Positions 47,003 to 58,171 of a stretch of DNA of 64,000 nt are shown here, piece by piece. The translations under genes were made by a program, and so were the position numbers. Each line of letters opens with the position of its first letter. Within the stretch, counting starts at the first letter, position 1. This stretch comes from Gemmatimonadota bacterium (lineage in GTDB: Bacteria > Gemmatimonadota > Gemmatimonadetes > Palauibacterales > Palauibacteraceae), in NCBI GenBank assembly GCA_963666735.1, contig OY762926.1, forward strand, positions 704,001 through 768,000, given 5' to 3'. The notes beneath the pieces are model-generated. The model worked only from the letters and a program-made list of their open reading frames with translations. It was not told the DNA's origin and did no database searches.

Positions 47003-48615
47003 GAGCGTCCCTCCCCGGCCCGCAGGATGGGAAAGAGGACGACGTCGCGAATCGAAGTCCGTCCCGTCAGCAGCATCACGAGACGGTCGACCCCGAGCCC
47101 GAACCCGCCCGTCGGAGGCAGCCCGTACTCCAGCGCCCGGACGTAGTCCTCGTCAATCGCCATGGCCTCCTGGTCGCCCGCCTCTCTCAGGCGTTGTTGC
47201 GCCGCGAACCGGTTCCACTGATCCGCCGGGTCGTTGAGTTCGCTGAACGCGTTCACGAGTTCGAAACCGCACACGACGACCTCGAACCGCTCCGCGAAGT
47301 CCGGCTCCCCCCGCATGGGCTTCGCGAGCGGGCTCATCTCGATCGGATGACCGTACACGAAGACCGGGTCCGTGATCCGGCCTTCGACCAGCTGCGAGAA
47401 CAGCGTGTCGAGAATCTGGACGCGGGACAGTTCGTCCGCGTCGGCGCGCCCGGTCTCCTTCGCCAGGGCGCGAAGATCGGCCTTCCCGGCCCGCCGCGGA
47501 TCGAGGCCGGTGGCCTCCGAGAAGGCCTCATCCCAACGGACGCGGGCCCAGGGTGCGGCGAGGTCGATGACCGTCCCATCGTATTCGAAGCGCGTCGTCC
47601 CCATCACCTCCCGCGCAACATCGCCGACCATCGTCTCGGTGAGCTTCATCACGTCGTCGTAGTCGGCGAACGCAAAGTACAACTCGAGCATCGTGAACTC
47701 GGGATTGTGCGTGCGGTCGACCCCCTCGTTCCGGAAGTCGTGCCCGATCTCGTACACGCGGTCGAGGTTCCCCACGATGAGCCGCTTCAGATAGAGTTCA
47801 TCGGCGATCCGCAGGAACATTTTCCGGTCGAGCCGGTGGTGGTGCGTGGAGAACGGCCGGGCGAGCGCGCCGCCGTAGAGCGGCTGCAGGATCGGAGTCT
47901 CCACCTCGAGGAAGCCGCGTGCGTCGAGCCAGCGGCGGAGTTCCGTGACGATTCTGCCCCGGATCCGGAAGACCTCGCGGACATCCGGATTCACCGCCAG
48001 GTCCGCATACCGCTGCCGGTAGCGGGAGGCCTGGTCGCTGAATCCGCTGTGCACGATCCGACGCCCATCCTCGGCGACCTCCTCCTTCCCGAACGGGAGC
48101 GGGCGAAGAGTCTTGGTCAGGAGGCACAGCGATTCCGCGCGAACGGTGACTTCGCCGCGCCGGGTCCGGAAGACGGCCCCCTCGACGCCGACCCAGTCGC
48201 CGAGGTCGAGCAGATCCATGAGCGCGGAGCCTTGGTCGCCCAGGAGGTTGCGGCGCAGGTGGATCTGCAGCCGCCCGTCGCGGTCGCCGATATGGGCGAA
48301 GGCGCTGCCTCCCAGGTCGCGATAGGAGAGGATGCGGCCCGCAACGCGGACACCCTCGAGTTCGGCCGCACCCACGCCGTCCGTCGCCCCTTCGGCGGCG
48401 GACTCCGCCTCCTCGAACGCCGCGAAGGCCTCGCGCAGTTCGTGGGAACGGCCGAAGGCGCGGCCATAGGGCTCGACGCCGAGATCGCGCAACCGGGCAA
48501 GCTTCTCGAAGCGGTCCCTCACGGGCTTCGGCCGCTCGTTCGAAGCGTACCAGCAGGCGGTACAGACGCCGTCCCGGAGCCCGGGAGTGTCGGAGCCGCA
48601 GGAAGGGCAGCTCAT
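46999..48615 (-). CDS. lysS: Lysine--tRNA ligase (class II) with Cys-rich N-terminal extension
   Basis: RYRQRY.DL, EVETP, GGA.ARPF.T, FRNEG....HNPEFT, GLPPTGG.G.G.DR. ATG overlaps the prfB stop. Confidence 0.96.
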   Translation of the reverse strand: MSCPSCGSDTPGLRDGVCTACWYASNERPKPVRDRFEKLARLRDLGVEPYGRAFGRSHELREAFAAFEEAESAAEGATDGVGAAELEGVRVAGRILSYRDLGGSAFAHIGDRDGRLQIHLRRNLLGDQGSALMDLLDLGDWVGVEGAVFRTRRGEVTVRAESLCLLTKTLRPLPFGKEEVAEDGRRIVHSGFSDQASRYRQRYADLAVNPDVREVFRIRGRIVTELRRWLDARGFLEVETPILQPLYGGALARPFSTHHHRLDRKMFLRIADELYLKRLIVGNLDRVYEIGHDFRNEGVDRTHNPEFTMLELYFAFADYDDVMKLTETMVGDVAREVMGTTRFEYDGTVIDLAAPWARVRWDEAFSEATGLDPRRAGKADLRALAKETGRADADELSRVQILDTLFSQLVEGRITDPVFVYGHPIEMSPLAKPMRGEPDFAERFEVVVCGFELVNAFSELNDPADQWNRFAAQQRLREAGDQEAMAIDEDYVRALEYGLPPTGGFGLGVDRLVMLLTGRTSIRDVVLFPILRAGEGRS

Positions 48616-49725
48616 GCGCCCGTCTTGCCGGATTCCTGGAGGAACGCCTGGATGAAGCCGTCGATCTCGCCGTCCAGGACCGCGTCGACGTTGCCGACCT
48701 CGAGATTCGTCCGGTGGTCCTTGACCATCTTGTAGGGCTGCAGGACGTAGGACCGGATCTGTCGGCCCCACTCGATCCGCGTCTTTGTCCCCTCGAGTTC
48801 GGCCCGCCGCGCTTCCCGTTCCTCGACCGCCCGCTGGTAGAGGGCGGCCTGCAGCATCTTCATCGCCTTGGACTTGTTCTTGTGCTGGCTGCGCTCCTGC
48901 TGGCACGAGACGACGATACCCGTCGGGAGATGCGTGATCCGCACCGCGGAGTCCGTCTTGTTCACGTGTTGGCCGCCCGCCCCGGATGCCCGGAAGGTGT
49001 CGATCCTGAGATGCTCCTCGTTGACCGCGATCTCGATGTCCTCATCCACGACCGGGTAGACGAAGACCGAGGCGAAGGAGGTGTGGCGGCGTCCCTGCGA
49101 GTCGAAGGGGGAGATGCGCACGAGGCGGTGGACACCCCGTTCGGCCGAGAGATACCCGTAGGCGAACTGTCCTTCCACATCGAGCGTGGCCGACTTGATC
49201 CCCGCTTCGTCGGCCGGAAGAAGATCCATGACCTCGACATCGTAGTCGTGCTGCTCCGCCCAGCGCAGGTACATGCGCATGAGCATCTCGGCCCAGTCCT
49301 GCGACTCGGTCCCGCCGGCGCCCGGGTTGATCGTGACGAGCGCGCTGCGGTGGGCGTCCGCCCCCCGCAGCATGTTCCGCGATTCCAGGCGGGCAGCCTC
49401 CTTCTCCGCCACCCCGAGTCCCGCCTCGAGCTCCGCCTGCAGCTCCGCGTCGTCCTCCTCCCCGAGCAGGAGCGCCATCTCGGACAGATCGTCCACGCGA
49501 GCGGAGCAGTCCGCCCATGGGCGGGTCCAGCTCTTGAGGAGGTTCGTCTCGCCGATGACCTCCTTCGCCCCGTCGCGGTCGTTCCAGAAGTCCGGGGTCG
49601 CCATCTTCTTCTCGAGTTCGGCGATGCGGGTCAGCTTCGCGGGAATCTCAAAGATACCCCCGTAGCTCGTCGAGCCGGCCGCGCAGCGCTTCCGCGCGTT
49701 CTTTCTGTCTCACCAACTCCGTCAT
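48612..49725 (-). CDS. prfB: Peptide chain release factor 2, programmed +1 frameshift at 49650
   Basis: ORF0 MTELVRQ...RGYL ends at GGGGGTAT-CTT-TGA (49653-49648). The +1 frame continues EIPAK... with SPF and GGQ motifs. Confidence 0.96.
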
Positions 49726-49831
49726 TTCCGGCTCCAGGCCCTCCGCGCGAGCGGCAGGTCCGACTGGGGTATGATGGCTGGCCGTAAATAGACCACGTTT
49801 CCCCGCGGAAGGCGAACTTTCCGGGGCCGCG

Positions 49832-51784
49832 TCACACGAGGTCGAAATCGACCCGTCGCGCCTCGCGATCCACTCGGACGACCTGAACCTCCACGGGGTC
49901 GCCGAGCCGGTAGCTCCTCCGCGTGCGACGGCCCCGGAGCGCGTGCTTCGTCCGGTCGTGCACGTAATAGTCTCCCGCGAGGCGGCTCACGTGGACGAGT
50001 CCCTCGATGTCATACGCGTCGAGCCGGACGAAGAAGCCGAAGCGGGCGGTGGCGCTGATCGCGCCGGCGAAGTGATCTCCCACATGCCGCTCCATGAACT
50101 CGACCTTCTTGAGTTCCACCGAATCCCGCTCCGCCCGGGCCGCGTTCTCTTCGCGCGCCGAAGCCTGGCGGGCCGTCTCCGAGAGCCATTTCCGGCTCAT
50201 CCCGCGAACGCTCGCGGGCTCCGCCAGCCAGCGAGCCAGCTGCCGGTGGACCACGAGGTCCGGGTACCGGCGGATGGGCGAGGTGAAGTGGAGGTACGCC
50301 GGCGAAGCGAGCCCGAAATGGCCCTCGTTGCTCGTCTCATAACGGGCCTTGGCGAGACTCCGCAGCACCTGAACGGAGATGACCGGCCCCTCCGCCCTGC
50401 CCTTCACCGCGTCGAGCAGGCGCTGGAAGTCGCGCGGGCGCGGGTTCCGCTGCGGAAAGGAGAGCCCGAACTCGCCCGCCAGGAGGCGCAGCATTTCAAG
50501 CTTCTCGGGGTTCGGTTCCTCGTGGATGCGGAAGAGTACGGGCACCCCCTGCTCGATGGCCCAGTTCGCCACCGTTTCGTTCGCCGCGATCATCAGGTCC
50601 TCGATGAGCCGGTGGGAATCGAACCGCTCGCGCCGGCGCACGTCGACGGGAGCCCCCTTCTCGTCGAGTACGACCCGGGACTCCGGCAGGTCGAAGTCCA
50701 GGCTGCCCCGCGCCCTTCGCCGTTCACGGAGGGTCCGGCTCACCTCGAGCAACGCGCGAAGGTCGTCGCGCAGTCCCGGGTCGCCCTCCGTCGCCGGCGT
50801 GCCTTCGCCGTCCATCGCCTGCTGCGCTTCTTCGTAGGAGAGCCGGTGTGCGCTGCGGATGATGGCGCGGGCGAAGCGCGTCCCCCGGAGCCCTCCGCCG
50901 CGATCGACGGTGAGGAAGGCGGCCAGCGTGAGGCGGTCTTCGCCGGGGACGAGCGAGCAGAGGTCGCTTGACAGCGCGTGGGGGAGCATGGGGAGTACGC
51001 GGTCGACGAGGTACACGCTCGTGCCGCGCTCCCGAGCTTCCGCATCGAGCCCATCCCCCTCGCGCACGTAGTGCGATACGTCGGCGATGTGGATTCCGAC
51101 TCGCACGCCACCCCCGGCGAGCCGTTCGATGGAGATCGCGTCATCGTGATCGCGGGCGTCCACGGGGTCGATCGTGATCACGCGGTCAGCCCGACAATCC
51201 TCTCGACCTTCCAGATCCGCCGGCTGGATCCCCCGCGCGGCCAGGGCTCTCGCCGCCTCCTCGACGGCTTCCGGGAACGCATCGCCGATCCCGCAGCCCA
51301 CCTGGATCGCGAGCACCGCCACGCCGGGATCTCCGGAAGGCCCGAGCACGCGTTCGACGCGGCCCGCCGGGCCCGGACCCTCTTCCCCCCAGTCCGTGAC
51401 CTCGACGACCACGATGTCGCCGGGTTCGGCCTCTCCGCGATGGCGCGCCGGGATGAACAGGTCGATCCCGAGCTTCGGCTGGGTCACCTCAAGCCAGCCC
51501 TGCCCGCGTCCGCCGCGGAAGACGCCGACGAGGTGCGAGCGGGCCCGTTCGAGGACCTCGCTGATGGTCCCCCGGGGTCCGCGCCGGCCGCGGTCGTCGA
51601 TCCGCACCGTGACGCGGTCCCCGTCCACGGCCGTGCCGAGATCGCGGGCGCGGACGTAGACGTCTTCGTCTCCCTCGTCGGGGATGACGAAGGCCGCGCC
51701 GCTCTCGATCCGTTGCAGCCGGCCGCTGACGCGCCGGCCACCTCGGGATCGCCCGCGGCCGCGGGACCGTCCGCGGGGGGTCAG
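49832..51784 (-). CDS. rnr: Ribonuclease R; probable CTG start
   Basis: CSD domains, TIDP..A.D.DDA, HIADVS.YV, HFTSPIRRYPDL, S1 domain. In-frame CTG at 51784 overlaps the ycaR stop. Confidence 0.92.
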   Translation of the reverse strand: MTPRGRSRGRGRSRGGRRVSGRLQRIESGAAFVIPDEGDEDVYVRARDLGTAVDGDRVTVRIDDRGRRGPRGTISEVLERARSHLVGVFRGGRGQGWLEVTQPKLGIDLFIPARHRGEAEPGDIVVVEVTDWGEEGPGPAGRVERVLGPSGDPGVAVLAIQVGCGIGDAFPEAVEEAARALAARGIQPADLEGREDCRADRVITIDPVDARDHDDAISIERLAGGGVRVGIHIADVSHYVREGDGLDAEARERGTSVYLVDRVLPMLPHALSSDLCSLVPGEDRLTLAAFLTVDRGGGLRGTRFARAIIRSAHRLSYEEAQQAMDGEGTPATEGDPGLRDDLRALLEVSRTLRERRRARGSLDFDLPESRVVLDEKGAPVDVRRRERFDSHRLIEDLMIAANETVANWAIEQGVPVLFRIHEEPNPEKLEMLRLLAGEFGLSFPQRNPRPRDFQRLLDAVKGRAEGPVISVQVLRSLAKARYETSNEGHFGLASPAYLHFTSPIRRYPDLVVHRQLARWLAEPASVRGMSRKWLSETARQASAREENAARAERDSVELKKVEFMERHVGDHFAGAISATARFGFFVRLDAYDIEGLVHVSRLAGDYYVHDRTKHALRGRRTRRSYRLGDPVEVQVVRVDREARRVDFDLV

Positions 51785-51954
51785 AGAGGCTTCGCCTCGT
51801 CGATGAGCATGATCGGGATCCCCTCGTCGACCTCGTACTTCAGACGGCAGCCGTGACAGAGCAGGGCCTCCTCCCCCTCCCCCACGCGGTACTCCAGTTC
51901 GCCCTTGCACTTCGGGCAGGCGAGGATCTCAAGCAGTCTGTCGTCGAGCGGCAT
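51781..51954 (-). CDS. Trm112/YcaR family protein (57 aa)
   Basis: My translation: MPLDDRLLEILACPKCKGELEY...CHGCRLKYEVDEGIPIMLIDEAKPL. TGATG overlap with era. Absent from the ORF track. Confidence 0.9.
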   Translation of the reverse strand: MPLDDRLLEILACPKCKGELEYRVGEGEEALLCHGCRLKYEVDEGIPIMLIDEAKPL

Positions 51955-52850
51955 CAGTTCTCCTGCGCGGGCACCCGGAAACCGAGCACCCTAAGATGGT
52001 GCGTTTTCTTGCGCCAGTTGGGGAGGACCTTGACGCGGAGCCGGAGGTAGACCCGCTGCCCGAGGAAGCGTTCGATCTTCCGGCGGGAGCGGATCCCGAG
52101 CTTCCGGATGGTCCTTCCGCCCGCTCCCACGACGATCCCCTTCTGGGATTCCTTCTCCACATGGATCAGCGCCTCGATGTATGTGGGTCTATCCCCCTCC
52201 CGTTCCCGAAACTCCTCGACCCGGATCGCCACCGCGTAGGGGACCTCATCCTCCAGCTCCTCGAGACACGTCTCCCGGATCATCTCGGCGGCGAAGTACC
52301 GGACCGGCGCGTCGGAGAGATCATCCAGCGGGTACAGGGGCGGCGACTCCGGAAGGCGCGCCGACAGCGCTTCGAGCAACTCCGGCACCCCCTCGTCCTC
52401 CGTGGCGCACGTCCCGTGTATCTCGTCCCAGCCGCCGCTCGCGAATCGGCCCCGGAGACCCTCGCCGGCCGACGCCTCCACGCGGTCGATCTTGTTGAGA
52501 CAGAGGATCTTCGGAACACGGACCGCGCGCGCGAACCCACCGGCCCAGTCCAGGCTGGGTTCGAACCCCGCGTCCGCCACGGCCAGCACGAGATCCGCGT
52601 CATCCAGCGCCGCAAGCGCCTCCTCCCTCATGGATCGATGCAGGGTGTAGCGAGGCTCGAGAAGGCCGGGCGTGTCGATGAACACGGCCTGCGAGGCTTC
52701 GTCCGAGTAGATCCCGAGGAGTCGCCGCTGCGTCGTCTGGGCCCTCGGCGTAACGGCCGCGAGCCGCTCCCCGAGGAACGCGTTGAGCAGCGTGGACTTG
52801 CCGACGTTCGGAAGTCCGACGATGGCGACGAAACCGGCCCTGAACGTCAT
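51954..52850 (-). CDS. era: GTPase Era
   Basis: GLPNVGKST, QTT, DTPG, NKID, EVPY; KH domain SQKGIVVG.GG. Confidence 0.96.
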   Translation of the reverse strand: MTFRAGFVAIVGLPNVGKSTLLNAFLGERLAAVTPRAQTTQRRLLGIYSDEASQAVFIDTPGLLEPRYTLHRSMREEALAALDDADLVLAVADAGFEPSLDWAGGFARAVRVPKILCLNKIDRVEASAGEGLRGRFASGGWDEIHGTCATEDEGVPELLEALSARLPESPPLYPLDDLSDAPVRYFAAEMIRETCLEELEDEVPYAVAIRVEEFREREGDRPTYIEALIHVEKESQKGIVVGAGGRTIRKLGIRSRRKIERFLGQRVYLRLRVKVLPNWRKKTHHLRVLGFRVPAQEN

Positions 52851-52899
52851 GGGCGAACCACGGGTTGGAGCAGGCCGGCGATGGCGCCGGAAGGTTGAA

Positions 52900-52922
52900 C
52901 AAGAAGATGAGTGACTTGTGGG
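52900..52922 (-). repeat. 3' arm of 16S precursor processing stem
   Basis: CAAGAAGATGAGTGACTTGTGGG is complementary to 54687-54711 (CCCACAAGTCACTCACACCTTCTTG) with a small internal bulge. Confidence 0.8.
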
Positions 52923-52961
52923 AGGTCCAGGTGTGCCTTTCTCATCGAAAGGACATCTCCC

Positions 52962-54523
<1,562 letters not shown>

Positions 54524-54686
54524 AGAATTTGGTTTGAGCGCGTTCGGCCGAAGCCGGTCCGCACTCGAGACCTGGTTGAACGCAGAGCACCCCGTCCGGT
54601 CGCGAGACCGCCGGGGATTCACGTTCGGAAATCACTTTGGTTTCCCATCGAGCCACGAGAAGTGATGCCCATGGCTCTCAATCGGG

Positions 54687-54720
54687 CCCACAAGTCACTC
54701 ACACCTTCTTGTCAAAAAGC
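54687..54720 (-). promoter_or_regulatory. rRNA leader: boxA-like antiterminator plus 5' arm of processing stem
   Basis: Minus strand GCTTTTTGACAA resembles boxA and is followed by the arm that pairs with 52900-52922. Confidence 0.7.
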
Positions 54721-54758
54721 GATCGCGGAAGGGCGCATGCCCTCCCGCGAGAACCCCA

Positions 54759-54787
54759 AGGCTACCGACCCGGGGGCAGCTTGTCAA
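54759..54787 (-). promoter_or_regulatory. Sigma70-type promoter for 16S rRNA
   Basis: TTGACA (54787-54782), 17-bp spacer, TAGCCT (54764-54759). Confidence 0.75.
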
Positions 54788-54840
54788 TGTTCCGCGAGGG
54801 GTCCGGAGATCGCCCTGAGGGAACGACGGAAATGCGGAGG

Positions 54841-54915
54841 GGTGAGCGACGGGATTCGAACCCGCGACCTCCAGGGCCACAACCTGGCGCTCTGACCACC
54901 TGAGCTACGCCCACC
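54841..54915 (-). tRNA. tRNA-His(GTG)
   Basis: G-1, GTGGGCG/CGCTCAC acceptor stem, CCAGG-TTGTGGC-CCTGG anticodon arm, GTTCGAATC T-loop, C discriminator. Followed by CCT, so CCA is not fully encoded. Confidence 0.96.
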
Positions 54916-54953
54916 GCGTCGTTCGCGCCCCGTCGCGGGGCCGCGAGCGCGAC

Positions 54954-54982
54954 AATCTAGAGGAATGGCGCGTCCCTTGCGA
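54954..54982 (-). promoter_or_regulatory. Putative sigma70 promoter for tRNA-His
   Basis: TCGCAA-17 bp-TAGATT on the minus strand, ~40 nt upstream of the tRNA. Confidence 0.45.
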
Positions 54983-55104
54983 GTCTCCCGCGCCGGCACC
55001 GGGCGGGCGAGGGATTCGGCAGGGTGCGGCGGTGCGGTCTCCGTGGTAACGTGCCTCTCTGTAACGAGGAAACCTCCGGAGTGATCGGCGCGTACGAGCG
55101 AGCG

Positions 55105-55707
55105 ATGACCGAACAGCCCAACGAACCCGGCCGCGGCGGCCCCGAGGGCCCGGCACCTCCGTACGCCGTTGTGCCTCTCGTCGCGGCTTCCCCCCAACCG
55201 CCGGCGGAACAGGCGCCGGACGCCGGCGACCGGTACACGAACGGGGTCGGCTTCGCCCTCTGGTGCTGCGCCCTCGTCGGCGCGTGCGGGATCCACCGCT
55301 TCTATCTGGGGATGTACTTCACGGGCATCATCTGGCTGCTCACGCTAGGTCTTTTCGGCATCGGCCAGTTCTTCGACCTTTTCCGAATGAAACGGCTCGT
55401 GCGGACGGCGAACATCCGCGATGGGTACCTGCCGCACCCTCGCCTCGCCAAGGGCGCCGAACCCTCCGCGCCGTCGCGGCAGCTCGCTTCGGCGGACACC
55501 AAGCAGCAGATCCTGCTGAAGGCGGCGCAGGCGAACGGCGGACTTCTGACGGTGACTCAGGGCGTCCTCGCTTCGGGCCTGAGCTTCGATGAGGTGGAGG
55601 AAGCCCTGCGGGAAATGGTCGTGAAGGGACACGTGGACGTGGACAACGCCGCCGACAGCGGAGTGATCGTGTACCGTTTTCCGGGCCTGGCCGGCCCCTT
55701 CAAGTGA
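55105..55707 (+). CDS. TM2 (NINE) domain membrane protein with C-terminal helical/wHTH-like domain
   Basis: G.HRFYLG...TGIIWLLTLGLFGIGQ..DL; C-terminal ILL.AA..NGG.LTVT...G...Y.F. Confidence 0.85.
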   Translation: MTEQPNEPGRGGPEGPAPPYAVVPLVAASPQPPAEQAPDAGDRYTNGVGFALWCCALVGACGIHRFYLGMYFTGIIWLLTLGLFGIGQFFDLFRMKRLVRTANIRDGYLPHPRLAKGAEPSAPSRQLASADTKQQILLKAAQANGGLLTVTQGVLASGLSFDEVEEALREMVVKGHVDVDNAADSGVIVYRFPGLAGPFK

Positions 55708-56549
55708 CGAGCCGCCCGCTCCCGCATTCCTCCGAACTCCCGCCCGCCTCCCTCGAGGGATGGTATGTCCTCCATCAGTCGATCGAACTCGACTGGGCCG
55801 GCCTCAGGGGGGCGGATCCGGCGGAGACCCGGGCGGCGCTGAGGAGCTTCGCCGCGCTGGCGGACAGGTGGTCCGGGGGATCGGAGCCGGGCTGGTCCGG
55901 GATCTACCGCGTGGCGGGGGGCGGGATCGATTTTCTCATCCTCCATTTCCGGGACACGTTCGACCGGCTCGTTGAAGCGGTGCGTGAACTGAAGCTCTCC
56001 GCCTGGGGCGATCACGCGCTTGTCCGCGAGGAGTACCTGTCCGTGGTGGAACTGGGTCTCTATTCCCTGACCCGGGAACTTTCCGGGAGGATCGATCCGG
56101 GGGACCGCGAAGCGTGGGACGCGGCCCTGGCGGACGCCCTCGCGGAGGAGCGCCGGAAGGGATACGTGCGGCGCCGGCTCGAGCCGAGACAGCCGGAGCA
56201 CATGCCTTACGTCTGCTACTACCCGATGGACAAGCGCCGCAACCCGGGACAGAACTGGTACCGGCTTTCGCTGGAGGAGCGGGCGGGGTTGATGGCGGCG
56301 CACGGCAGGTTGGGACGGCGCTTCGCGGGCAGGATTTCCCAGGTCATCAGCGGGTCGATGGGCCTGGACGACTGGGAATGGGCCGTGACGCTGTGGGCGG
56401 CGGATCCGATCGAGTTCAAGGCCATCATCAGCGAGATGCGCTACGACGCGGCGAGCGCGGACTTCGCGGAATTCGGTCCCTTTCTGGTCGGAAAGCGGAT
56501 GCCCGGAGCGGAGTACGAGACCCTGCTTTCCTGCGAGGGCGCGCCGTGA
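55704..56549 (+). CDS. chdC: Coproheme decarboxylase / chlorite dismutase family (ChdC/HemQ-like)
   Basis: LEGWY.LH, SVVELG.Y, CYYPMDKRR, NWY.L..EER..LM..HG..GR, GS.GLDDWEW.VTL, FGPF.VG. Confidence 0.82.
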   Translation: MTSRPLPHSSELPPASLEGWYVLHQSIELDWAGLRGADPAETRAALRSFAALADRWSGGSEPGWSGIYRVAGGGIDFLILHFRDTFDRLVEAVRELKLSAWGDHALVREEYLSVVELGLYSLTRELSGRIDPGDREAWDAALADALAEERRKGYVRRRLEPRQPEHMPYVCYYPMDKRRNPGQNWYRLSLEERAGLMAAHGRLGRRFAGRISQVISGSMGLDDWEWAVTLWAADPIEFKAIISEMRYDAASADFAEFGPFLVGKRMPGAEYETLLSCEGAP

Positions 56550-58171
56550 CCGGGGTGGCGCGTCCCGTCACGCTCTCGGGACGGCTTAGGGTTTCCGATG
56601 TCGTCGCGGTGGCGCGCGAGGCTTCGACCGTCGCCGAACTGGACGGGGACGCGCGCGAGCGGGTGGAGGCGAGCCGGAACACGGTGGTGGAGGCGCTGGC
56701 CCGGCCCGGGGCCCGGATCTACGGGATCACCACAGGCTACGGGGCGCTTTCCGGAACCCGCATCGCGGCGCCGGATGCGGCCCGGCTGTCGTGGAACCTG
56801 ATCCTCAAGTGCGCGGCGGGGACGGGCCGGCCTCTGCCCGAGGACTGGGTGCGGGCAATGCTGCTCGTCCGGGCGAACTCGCTGGCACTGGGTGCTTCGG
56901 GCGTGCGCCCGGTGATCATCGACACGCTGGTCCGGATGCTGAACCGGGGCGTTACGCCGGTGGTTCCCGGCAAGGGCTCGCTCGGGGCGAGCGGGGACCT
57001 CGCCCCCCTCGCACACATGGCCGCCGTCGCGACCCGCGCCCCCGGGCCGGATCACGGCGCCGGCGGGGGCGAGGGTTCAAGGGCGTTCAGCGGCGAAGCC
57101 TGGTTCGAAGGCCGACGCATGGACGGGGCGAGCGCGATGGCCGCCGCCGGGATCTCCCGCCCGGGCCTGCAGGCCAAGGAAGGGCTGGCGTTGACGAACG
57201 GGACCACCATGATGGTCGCGGGCGCGGCGCTGCAACTCCACGACGCCCGGCGTCTGCTCCTGCACGCGGAGTTGGCGGCGGCGCTGAGCTTCGAGGCGTT
57301 GCTGGCCCGTTCCGCGGCGCTGAACCCGGCGCTGCACGAGGCGAACAACCAGCCGGGACAGATCGGAACCGCGGGGAGGCTGCGGTCGCTCCTTGCCGGG
57401 AGCGGGCTCGTCGATGCGGACGCCGGCCGCGTGCAGGATGCGTACAGCCTGCGCTGCACGCCCCAGGTCGTCGGCCCGGTGCACGACATGGTCGCCTTCC
57501 TGTGGGGGCGAGTGGAAGCATCGCTCAACGCGGTGTCGGACAATCCGCTGGTCTTCGCCGCCCACGGACAGGATCCGGGCGCCGTCGTGTCGGGCGGCAA
57601 TTTCCACGGCGCGGGGCCCGCGCTGTGGCTCGACACACTGGGGATCGCGCTTGCGGACGTGGCGAGCCTGTCGGACCGCCGCGTATTCCGCATGCTGACG
57701 CCGGAACTTTCCGCGGGGCTTCCCGCCATGCTCGTGGAGTCTCCGGGGCTGCACGGCGGCCTGATGTCGCTGCAGTACACGGGGGCGGCGCTCGTGTCCG
57801 ACAACAAGACGCTCGCGCATCCGGATTCCGTCGACTCGATCCCGACGAGCGCGAACCAGGAGGACCACGTGAGCATGGGCGCGAACGCGGCCCGGCACAC
57901 GCGTGAGATCCTCGACAACACGCGCACGGTGCTCGCGATCGAGTTGCTCAGCGCCGCCCAGGGCATCCACCTCCGACCCGAGGGCCCGGATCGACTGGGC
58001 GCCGGCACGCGGGCCGTATACGAGGTCGTGCGCGAGTGCGTCCCCCCGGTGATCGAAGACCGCTCCCTGGCGGAGGATGTCGCACGCCTGGAGGCGGCCA
58101 TCGACGCCGGGACGCTGGAACGGGCGGCCGGCGGCGCCCTGGGCGATCTCTGGTCCCCCGCGCCGCGCTGA
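56546..58171 (+). CDS. hutH: Histidine ammonia-lyase-like MIO enzyme
   Basis: GSLGASGDLAPL (MIO-forming ASG), KEGLAL.NGT, QDAYSLRC, SGGNFHG, NQEDHVSM; in the hut cluster. Confidence 0.8.
   Translation: MTGVARPVTLSGRLRVSDVVAVAREASTVAELDGDARERVEASRNTVVEALARPGARIYGITTGYGALSGTRIAAPDAARLSWNLILKCAAGTGRPLPEDWVRAMLLVRANSLALGASGVRPVIIDTLVRMLNRGVTPVVPGKGSLGASGDLAPLAHMAAVATRAPGPDHGAGGGEGSRAFSGEAWFEGRRMDGASAMAAAGISRPGLQAKEGLALTNGTTMMVAGAALQLHDARRLLLHAELAAALSFEALLARSAALNPALHEANNQPGQIGTAGRLRSLLAGSGLVDADAGRVQDAYSLRCTPQVVGPVHDMVAFLWGRVEASLNAVSDNPLVFAAHGQDPGAVVSGGNFHGAGPALWLDTLGIALADVASLSDRRVFRMLTPELSAGLPAMLVESPGLHGGLMSLQYTGAALVSDNKTLAHPDSVDSIPTSANQEDHVSMGANAARHTREILDNTRTVLAIELLSAAQGIHLRPEGPDRLGAGTRAVYEVVRECVPPVIEDRSLAEDVARLEAAIDAGTLERAAGGALGDLWSPAPR

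Noticed and set aside
54830..55105. tRNA-His as an integration site, or as a regulatory link to the neighbouring hut operon
   Set aside because: No integrase, no duplicated tRNA 3' end and no His-codon leader peptide; adjacency alone is not evidence.
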